Source: Lytechinus pictus (Eukaryota). Taken from it: 64,000 nucleotides of DNA. Of this stretch, positions 32,053-42,515 are shown one piece after another. The stretch covers positions 34,722,001-34,786,000 of the forward strand of contig NC_087251.1 in assembly GCF_037042905.1 (NCBI RefSeq). Direction: 5' to 3'. The position numbers were made by a program, and so were the translations under genes. Every line of letters starts with the position of its first letter. Position 1 is the stretch's first letter. The notes under the pieces are model-generated. The model had not been told where the DNA came from, ran no database searches, and saw nothing but the letters and a program-made list of their open reading frames with translations.

Positions 32053-32284
32053 CAGGGGCGGCGCCAGGGTATAGGGGGCAAGACGACCGAGAGGTGTCGT
32101 CAATTTGTTTGTTTTTGTTTTTCATTTGAATAATAGTGTTCTTATGGAGTTCAAGGAACTAATACGATATTTTATTTTTTTAATTCGTTTTTGTATTCTT
32201 CTCCTCTTTTGTAATTTTCTTTAAATACTTTAAACAAAATTCAGAGGCAACGTCTCCACCCCCTCACTGCCGGCACCGCCCCTG
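32053..32284. mobile_element. MITE within the macro-repeat (copies near 42974-43200 and 53901-54127)
   Basis: CAGGGGCGGCGCC ... GGCACCGCCCCTG; no clean TSD. Confidence 0.6.
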
Positions 32285-35200
32285 TAAGGAATTACGCCGA
32301 ATCCTCGCTAACAATTCAACGAGATTTGTAGGGGGAAAAGCCTTACAACCTTTTTCTTTAAAAAAAGTTGTAAAGCTTTCGGCACATACTAATTAAAAAA
32401 TATTTAAATGAATTCGATTACCCGTAGGTGGCAACGCAGCAATCTTCTTGATATGACACAATAACATTTATGGAGATGGGCTAAGATCAAGCTTCGGTCA
32501 GGCTCCTATGGGGGACCCTATAATTTTGCCTAATTAATTTACTCTACAAATCCTGGCACTAAAACCAAACCGTAACCCATATCCATAAATGTCAAAGTTT
32601 CATTAAGATCAGTAAGTGATATTGTCGTGTTGTTCTAGGGGTAAAATGACTCACTCATACAAATGTTCAGTCTGACATCTGTCCTCTCTCTGATATCGGC
32701 ATGTATCCATGTCCACAGGAACATGATTTCAGCTCCAAACAAAATTTTCCTCTAAGATCCAGTGTTTAAATATTTATCCGCAGCTCCACAAATAAGTCTC
32801 TGTCCGCTGATGTTCACAATATTATCAAGTTTAAATGGGTAAATCAAGGGGAGAACAACCGTCCAGAGACCCATCAACAAGCCTCCCGTGAGGTTCGGAT
32901 TAGTCTCGGCGAAGTTCTATCTTTAAAATGGTGTCTAGTCCGCACACAGAAAATATAGGGATCCGTCCAAGAAGAAATTTGTTGACTGATTCTGCATCTA
33001 GAGTTCTTCTGAAAGTATTGTGTCCATAAAGTAATAGACATTTATCCAGAACTTGGAACTTGAAGTCATCAGGATTTGTTTCTCAAGTTCAACATTGGAG
33101 GAGGCGTGGTGGATGAAGCGAAGTCAATGATAAGTAAATAAGAACACAAACTTCTCCGGGAACTGAGTCTTCATTGTGGAAACGTTCATGGTACTTTCCA
33201 TTCGATCTCCTTGTCCATATTTCGAAAAAAGTTCAAGATAGCTTCCGGAATTTAAATTCTGTGAAAACTGTGAAATTAAAAAGAAAAAGAACAAGTATCA
33301 TTAAGACCAATGCAAAATCATAATGAATACCGGTACAAAAAAGGCGTCACAAACCAACGGGGGGGGGGGGGCATCAGCCAGTAATCGGGTACATGCCGTT
33401 AAGTTGAACATTTTGGGTTGATTAACAAAATGTGCAATTACCAAAATGCAATATTTATGGCACAATTAGGAAACTGCACACTTAGTTGATTAGTGACTAC
33501 TCGACTTATTACGGATTTATCAATATGGATCCTGGTCGACTAGCAGTTGGCCTTTGGTTGACCAAAAAGAAGGGAAATGGCATGACCTACGGAGCAAACT
33601 TCCCAAAAAGTTGAGAGCCAGCAAAATCAATTTTAAAATCAAAATACAATTTTGTGATATATATCAAGATATAATATTCATGAATTGATGTCACCATTTT
33701 CCCTTTTTCTTTCATTTTCTCCCTTGATTTTCCTTGTCTTTCTTAATCGTTGAACTTTTGAGGGGCATCACCCCCTCCCACCCCCATACATACACCTGTG
33801 GAATGTGAAAGTGATAAAACAGACATTTAAGATAACCTTTTTTAAAAGAAGAGAACATAATCATGAAAATCGTTATATTGGATGAAGACAAATATATAAT
33901 ATCCGATGTAATTTTACCTCCTAAATTATGTTTCTATAAAATTCAGAATGGAACGAATTCTAGTTCTCCGAGATGCATTGGCATGATTGGAGATGAATAA
34001 GAACTATGCAGGTAAATGATACTTAACACATGTTCTGGCAAGTATATCAGCGAAAACAGATTAAAATCTAAGTACAAGCTTAAGACGAGTCTTTAGAAAA
34101 GTTTGGATGAGAAATCTTTCCTTCACATTAGTAAATACAAAAGTGACTTGATATGTTTGAAAAGAGCAAAACCAAACTACTTACCTTGATCATCTTCGAA
34201 GTTTTGGCGGGTGGCACAAAATTATTCGGCGGGCCACAGTTTCAGATCTCACGAAAATCCTAAGCCTGTATTCACATATTTTGCTAAAAATATTTTGTTA
34301 AATGGGAATTTCTGTCTATGAATCAGCCACTCTGGTTTTGAGAATGAAAGAATGGAATAAATCGTACCATGTTCAATAGCAGGGTACGCTGGAACTCCAC
34401 CAATAAAAGTTGAAGTGGCTACCTATATGTAATTAAGAGTTATTGTTATGTTAATCGGTTAATGGCAATGATAGCAAAGGCGCCGGAAAACCACTACTAA
34501 AAGTTGAACTGACAACGTGGAAAAATAAGTAAGAGTTATTATTAAGAGTAAGGCAAATTATTTGATTTCATTAGTAGGAAAGATGGAAAACTGCCTATAA
34601 TAGCTGAAGTGGTTATCCTTAGTAAAAAAAGAGAGTCGTCATCAATATTAATGTTTAAAACGTATCAAGCCTGAAAAGAGAATAAAGATCATAAGATCCA
34701 AGTTACGAAAATTACATGCCAAAATCAATTATTTGATAATATATGATTGAAAGGGAAATTTTGAAGCATACTTTTCCATTCTTTTCAGCAACTCTGCTTA
34801 AAGTGAAAGAAGAGAAACAATAACATACATTAGCATAGCCGATGGAAGACAAAAAAAATTAAATTGTATACACCACAGAAAATAAAGGTCTTTATTAAGG
34901 GTTATCTTACAAATGCTAACGAAAAATAACGGTCATCACTAATGTAAGAAGGATTAATCGAAAACCACCAACATCAGTTGAAGTGGACTCCCTTCGTAAC
35001 GAAGGAAATAAAACAAGTCTGGAAAAAAAGTGAGACGTATACAAAGAAACGGAAATATACTTGGATAACATAATAAATCAATTATAAATTTCAATCAGCA
35101 CATAATATTGGACTCTTGTTTTTGTATCAGCCGCCCTGCTTCTAAGAATGAGGGAAAGAAACCAAAGCATATCGTGTCAGTAGGACACGGAAGCATGGTT

Positions 35201-36729
35201 AGGGGAGTGCTAGTAAGACAGAGAAAAGAACGTCAATAATAATCTGAAAAGGTTACCTTACATTAAAAAATATATTGTTAATGGTAATGATAGCAGGGTC
35301 GCTGGAAAAAAACCTATCAAAACGGAACTGTCTAACCTGGAAAATAAGAGCCATTATGAATATTCATGTTAAAAAAGTATCAAGCCTGAAAAGAGAAGAC
35401 AATAAAGATCAGAAGTTAAAAGTTATATAGAAGACGGCCGATACCAGCTGAAGTGGTGTTCCCTGACGAAAAAAAAGAATCATTGTTCATAATATAAAAA
35501 TGCATCCAGAAAAGAAGAGAATCAGAAGTGGGAAAACAGAAATACACTGGTATTAAATAGTTAATCAATAATAATTTCACTAAGTATTATTGGATTTTTT
35601 TCCTTTTGATCATCCGCTCTGTTTCTGAAAGAAAGAAAAGAAAGCATATCATGTACGCGGGGCACAATTAAGGGGGTACTCCTAAGGCTTTATAAAAAAA
35701 ATATTGCCTATGGTTTTGTAAAGGGTCAGTACAAGACCGCCTTTCGCTACATGTGTAAAAAGAATAATCATTATTAATATTATAAATATTAATATTATAA
35801 TTAAAATGCATCGAACCGCTGGAAAAGTGCTTGCAAAAACCGAGTGGCTACTTTCTGTAAATAGAATCATAGATATTGTATAATATTTTAATTAGGACAA
35901 AATCATATCAAGTTGGGTCCACTGAGAGATGTTTGCCTGTTTGGGTAACGTAATTTAGAGTTGTTAGCATTTGTATCATGATATATTCTCTATTAAAAAA
36001 AATGTACTACTTTCGTAGAAGACTGTCAATAAACGCTGACGCGAAGTGGCTAACCTGAGTAAATAAGAATTACTATTATTATTAGCATTGTCTTTAATCT
36101 TATCCAGCCTAAAAAGAAAAAAAAATAGCACATAGAGTTACTGATTCTGCTGTTGAAATCATCGTGACAGTCTTCTCTCTAGGTCTTTGTTGCCTTGAAA
36201 ACAGTGATTACTTTGTCAAAAGATATCTACTGAATAAAAAGGAAATATCGATAAATCTAAGCTGAAATTAAAGTAAAGAGAAAATTAACATTTCAAACAT
36301 TAACTTCAGATTTTATCAATAATATTTTATGTTTTTTTATTCCAGCTTGGCCTGGCACAAGGAACAAGATTTTTTTTTTGGGGGGTGGGACCGCGGGATT
36401 TTTAGAAATCATGGGATAAACTAAGTTAATCATATCTATGAAAATGAAGTTTATAAGATAATTGAGTTTCTCATGAAGTTTTGTGTCTCAGTTTAATTGT
36501 AACCTTCTGTAAAATTGATTTTGTCATACTTATTGGATACTCTTTGATTTTAATAGTTGCGTAATATAATGATATGGAAACAGCTTAATGGCTTTCGATT
36601 AAATGTGAAAAGGAAGTGGAATTACATTGAAATTATTTATTTTTTCTTACCTTTATTTAGACGAAGGGTGAAATGATCGATAGAAACAGCAAAGCTTATT
36701 GACGGAAAATGTTGAAGGGGATCATGGTA

Positions 36730-39700
36730 AAAGCTAGACTAGCTGCTCTCTTACGAAAAAGTGTTTATGCACAAAAATATTGGTCGATAGATGGAAACTG
36801 GTTGCTCTCTGTTAGATGGAGTCTAGATGCTCTGTGATGAAAGGATGACGAAGATAGTGGTAGGAAGGAAGGAGACTAGACATTTTCTGATTAAACAGTG
36901 ACAAAACTAGTGGTAGATGGAGGGAGATGAGCTGGCGGAAGATGGAAGGAGACTATTTGTTGTCACATGGAATGTGAAAGGGTGAAGAAGCTTCTGGTAG
37001 ATGAAAGAGACTACTACGAAATTAGTTGAAGAAGGAAGGATGCTAGTTTCTCCCAGATGAAAAGGTGACAAAGCTAGAGGTAGATGGAGACGAGTGGCTC
37101 TCTGACGAAAAGGTGATGAAACTAGAGATAGATGGAAGGGGACTAGTTGCTCTCTGATGAAAGGATGATAGAGCTTGTGGTAGATGGAGGAGACAAATGT
37201 TCTCTGATTAAACGGTGACAAAACTAGTGGTAGATGGAGGGAGATGAGCTGGCGGTAGATGGAAGGAGACTATTTGTTCTCTCATGGAAGGGTGACGAAG
37301 CTAGTGGTAGATGAAAAGAGGCTGTAATGAAAAGGTGACAAAGCTTGTTGTAGGAGATTAGTTGCTCTCTGTGCAAGGGTGACGAAGCCAGTGGTAGCCA
37401 GAAGGATGCTATTTTCTCCCAGATGAAAGGATGACACAGCTAGTGATAGATGGAGACCAGTTCCTCTCTGATGAAAGGGTGATGAAACTAGTGATAGATG
37501 GAAGGGGACTAGTTGCTCTGATGAAAGGATGATAGAGGTAGTGGTAGATGGAAGTAAAATACTTGCTCACTGACGAAAGGGTGACGAAGCTAGTGATAGA
37601 TGGAAGAGACTCTCTGATGAAAAGGTGACGAAGCTAGTGGTAGATGGAAGGAGACTAGTTGCTCTCTGATGAAAGGGTGACGAAGGTAGTGGTAGATAGA
37701 ATGAGACTACTCGCTCTAAATGGTTACGAAACTGGTTGAAGGAAACTAGTTGGTCGCTTGTGTAAGGGTGAAGAAGCTAGTGGTAGATGGGAAAGAAACT
37801 AGTTTCTCTCTGATGAAAGGATGAGGAAGCTAGTGGTAGATGAAAGAGACTACTTGCTATAAATGGTGACGAAACTAGTTGAAGAAGGAAGGAAACTAGT
37901 TGGTCTCTACTGAAAGGGTGACGAAGCCAGTGGTAGATGGAAGAGACTGTCTGATGACAGGGTGATGAAGCTGGTGGTAGATGAAAGACTAGTTGTTCTC
38001 AGATAAAAGGGTGTCGAAACTAGTGGTAAATGGAGTGAGACTAGTTGATCTCTGGTAAAAGGGTGACAAAGCTAGTGTTAGATGGAAGGAGGCTAGATGT
38101 TCTCTGATTAGACGGTGACAAAACTAGTGGTAGATGGAGGGAGATGAGCTGGCGGTAAATGGAAGGAGACTATTTGTTCTCTCATGGAAGGGTTACGAAG
38201 TTAGTGGTAGATGGAAGGAGGCTCTGATGAAAGGGTGATAAAGCTTGTGGTAGGAGATTAGTTGCTCTCTGTGGAAGGGTGTCGAAGCCAGTGGTAGATA
38301 GAAGGATGCTAGTTCCTCCCAGATGAAAGGGTGACGATATCTAGTGGTAGATGGAAGGAGACAAGTTGCTCTCTGATTTAAGGGTGACGAAGCTAGTGAT
38401 AGATGGAAGGAGACTAGTTGCTCTCTGATGAAAGGGTGACAAAGGTTGTGGTAGATGGAAGAGACTAGTTGCTCTCTGATTTAAGGATGACGAAGCTAGT
38501 TGAAGAAGGAAGGAGACTTCTTGCTCTCTGATTTAATGGTGACGAAGCTAGTGGTACATGGAAGGAGACTAGTTGCTCTCTGATTTAAGGGTGATGAAGC
38601 TAGTGATAGATGGGAGGAGACTAGTTGCTCTCGGATGAAAGGGTGACAAAGGTTGTGGTAGGAGATTAGTTGCTCTCTGTGAAAGGGTGACGAAGCTAGT
38701 GGTAGATGGAAGGAGACTAGTTGCTCTCTGAATTAAGGATGACGAAGCTAGTTGAAGAAGGAAGGAGACTTCTTGCTCTCTGATTTAATGGTGACGAAGC
38801 TAGTGGTGGATGGTAGAGACGCTCTGATGACAGGGTGATGAAGCTGGTGGTAGATGGGAGACTAGTTGTCTCAGATGAAAGGGTGACGAAACTAGTGGTA
38901 GATGGAAGGAGACTAGCTGCTCTTTGATGAAAGGGTGACGAAGCTAGTGGGGGATGGAAGGAGGAGACTAGTTGCTCTCTGATGAAAGGATGACGTAGCT
39001 AGTGGTAGACAGAAGGATAATAGTTGCTCACTGGTGAAAGGGTGACGAAGCTAGTGGTAGATGGAAGGAGACTAGTTTCTCTGATTTAAGGGTGACGAAC
39101 CTAGTATAGATGGAAGGAGACTAGTTGCTCACTGATGAAAGGGTGACGAAGCTAGTGGTAGATGGAAGAGACTCGCTGATGACAGAGTGATGAAGCTGGT
39201 GGTAGATGAGAGACTAGTTGTTCTCAGATGAAAGGGTGACGAAACTAGTGGTAGATGGGAGGAGACTAGTTGCTCTTTAATGAAAGGGTGATGGTATTAG
39301 TGATAGATAGAAGGAGGAGACTAGTTGCTCTCTGATGAAAGGATGACGTAGCTAGTGGGAGATGAAAGAGACTACTTGCTATAAATGGTGACGAAACTGG
39401 TTGAAGAAGTAAGGAGACTAGTTGCTCTCTGATGAAAGGATGACAAAGCTAGTGGTAGACAGAAGGATAATAGTTGCTCACTGGTGAAAGGGTGACAAAG
39501 CTAGTGGTAGATGAACGAGACTACTTGCTATACATGGCGACGAAACTAGTTGAAGAAGGAAAGAGACTTGGGCTCTCCTGAAAGGGTGACAAAGCCAGTG
39601 GTAGATGGAAGGAAGCTAGTTGCTCTCTGATGGAAGGATTAAGAGGCTATTGGTAAACGGAAGAAGACTAGTTGATGTCTGGTAAAAGGTTGTCAAGGCT

Positions 39701-39910
39701 AGTGGTAAAGTGAAAGAAATAAATTAGTTTCTGATGAAAGGGTGACGAAACTATTGTTAGAAGGAAGGAGACTAGTTGCTCTCTGACGAAAGGATGACGA
39801 AGCTAGTTGAAGATGGAAGGCGGCTAGTTGCTCACTGATGAAAGGGTGACGAAGCTAGTGGTAAATGGAAGGAGAATACTTGCTTTCTGATGGGAGGGTG
39901 ACGAAGCTCA
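36730..39910. repeat. 52-bp minisatellite block 2
   Basis: Same consensus as block 1. Confidence 0.95.
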
Positions 39911-41559
39911 GATTAAAGAGATTACTAAATTAAACTAGTTTTGACAAATCGCTGCTGGCAGGAAACCTGTGGAATAAAATACTTATACATATCCTGGCTC
40001 TCAAACAATCTAACATTACAACTAAAATCATCAAACTTAGTTACATTTTTTTTACAGTTTGTGTATATATCGTCATTACTCATTACGAGTTATCAACCAA
40101 AATAGTCAACCCCACAATCAACCATACCCTACCAGAATACCAAATATCTGGTATATTAAATTAGTTTTCATCCCTTTCTAAGGATGTGATAAATTGTTCA
40201 GCCGTATTAAACCTCTTTGGTTGTATGAGCTTTGTTGGATATCAGTGAAAAAAACTGATGTATAATTGTTCCACAGGAAGATTACTCTCGCGGAGCTTCT
40301 TAGATTTTCAAGAGGGTATTTGCTAGTCGATATGGTTGCAGAAGCTTCTCTTCCAAAGCGCGTGAAGATGAAGGCCCCTATTCATATCCAACACCTGGAA
40401 CATAAACAAGAAAATAGTAATAATAGAAAATAGTTTGTTTCTGACGACTGTTTGGCATTTGATTATACATAAACCACGCACCAAATATACAAACCTCATG
40501 GTTTGTTGTCACTTGATAATAATCATCCATTTAAAAAAATAATATTTCTATTCATTATCTAGATCTATCGATAGAAAAATATCAAACATATGTCATTGCT
40601 AGTTTGATTTTGATCATTGATTTCATAATTTCTAAGTACCTAATTTGTCTAAAGCCCTTTGATAATAGAATTAACGGTAATATTATGAAAAACTATGTCG
40701 CCACCACTTTACTAAATGTGAAGAAATGTGGATTTGTATTAAAGTGTCAAATCAAAATTACGAAATTTTAATAACAGCATGTTAATAACGAATTATAAGA
40801 TATAGACTGATACCATTGATTGATGTATACAAAGACATTGTAATAAGAGTACTAGTGAAATTAAACTTACCGCGAAAATTCAAACGAACGAGACGATCGG
40901 TGCTACGTATTGAGCATGATGACTAAAAGCAAGAAACGAATGATCTTACGAGAGACTCAACGAATGAACGAGTAGACGGGCGAAAACGTAAAAACAAAAT
41001 AAACGGTTTATGTTTTTTCCTCGTCGAAAGTAAAGGCTTAACTAGAAGACGATTTCAACTAAAGCGCCACCTCAACCCGTTTCAGGAATAGTCGTACTAT
41101 CCCAGTCGCGTTAAAAAGTAAATAACCGTCGGGTATAATTCAGCAATCTTCTTGACATGATACTATGAATTTACTGAGCAAATTTAGTCAAACCCCTATA
41201 CTAAGGCCCTAGATGTGTGATTTTTTTCTGCAAACCATGGCATTAATATCGCCTCACAAACCAGCTCGACAACATTTATAGATTCATTAATATCATGACG
41301 TGATACAAGTATATTGTTTTCCGGGTATACATGACCATGATGACTGAGGTTTCAAGTCACTCAGGTTGGGAAGACGACGAAAGCTGCAAATGTTTTTCTT
41401 TTACTGTCCAAATACCACCTTGCTAATGCTGGGTAAATATTTTTTGGGTATTCCTTACCTGAAACATAAACACAATAAATCCATGTTAATTAAAATCTCG
41501 ATTCTGATAATTATTTCAGAATGTGATGATTATGCACTAGATCTACAAAATAAAACCAA

Positions 41560-41744
41560 ATTGTCTCTTCATCATTACATTTTACATTAATTTTCTTATA
41601 ACTTTTTAATGTATTCATTATGATATATATATGATGTGCCTACAACCTTTTAAACGAGAAAGCTACATCTGCTGCTTAATTCATGTACAATTTTGCATAA
41701 TCATCAATAAATGCCATTCTTGAATTGAATTGAACTGAATTGAA
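41560..41744 (+). mobile_element. Probable LINE 3'-tail remnant present in each unit (also near 31070, 52660, 63090)
   Basis: AATAAA followed by (TTGAA)n; left boundary uncertain. Confidence 0.4.
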
Positions 41745-42515
41745 CAATAACCGGCGTTATTATCGCCAGTTCATAATCATCATCATCATCTCCATGCGGT
41801 AAATGTTTTAGGGTGTTAATTATTTACGAATGTTTCATCTAGATACAATAACATAAAGTTAGGCCTATGTTTAAGTCATATATTATACGATTGTTACAAT
41901 TTGTTCCTTAACCGCGCATATAATGGCCCTTTCCCATTCAAAACCCACGATCCTTTGAGCAACAACCATGGTATAGCAAAATATTAATTTTCTGTATAAA
42001 ATAACAAAAATATGAAACGGCTGGATAGTCTATATTCAGTAATGCCAACACGACACATGATGTCCAAAATGGTAACGATGTCTAGATCTATTACTTTTAC
42101 GTGCATGGGACTGTCAATTGTTAGAACTATTAACTGTCCAAAAAGAATTACGAAAATTGTACAAAAACAATCTTAGCATATCTATATGTAAGAAGAAGTG
42201 TAATATTAAACTATTCTAATCCTTGGTCTTCTTTTGACTTTGAATTTTGGTTCTTTATCAGTTTTGTCAACACGACAAATGATGTCCATAATGGTAACGA
42301 TGTCTAGATCTATTACTATTACGTGTATGGGACTGGCAATTGTTAGAAATATTAACTGTCCAAAAAGAATTACGAAAATTGTAAAAAAAAAAAAAAAACA
42401 ATCTTAGCATATCTATATGTAAGAAGAAGTGTAATATTAAACTATTCTAATCCTTGGTCTTCTTTTGACTTTGAATTTTGGTTCTTTATCAGTTCTATAT
42501 CGATAGGCCTATTCA

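Larger units (their letters stand above)
30473..40947 (-). pseudogene. Putative decayed multi-exon gene (or spliced lncRNA) carried by the macro-repeat; further copies at 51867-41127, 62292-52047, partial 30300-~24300 and 63637-62472
   Basis: Series of minus-strand splice signals: donor 40871|GTAAGT, acceptors at 40394, 39966 and 33267, donors 34185|GTAAGT and 32422|GTAATC, acceptor at 30805. First exon is signal-peptide-like; protein-like frames are interrupted by stops; two internal segments are paralogous. Confidence 0.5.
31587..42515. repeat. Macro-repeat unit B (10,929 bp)
   Basis: Same sequence and same short ORFs recur at an offset of about 10.92 kb (31580/42509, 35682/46597, 41366/52286). 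Confidence 0.97.

Noticed and set aside
36730..39910. Programmed frameshifting or stop readthrough rescuing the repeat gene
   Set aside because: It would need a shift in every monomer, monomer lengths vary irregularly, and flanking exon-like segments contain all three stop codon types.
41060..41076. CTCF-like site AGGTGGCGC upstream of the putative first exon in each unit
   Set aside because: Only the 3' half of the consensus matches; too weak without binding data.
31587..42515. Unit as rDNA, histone repeat, Helitron, Polinton or LTR element
   Set aside because: No recognisable rRNA, histone, helicase, polymerase, integrase or RT sequence, and no terminal repeats.
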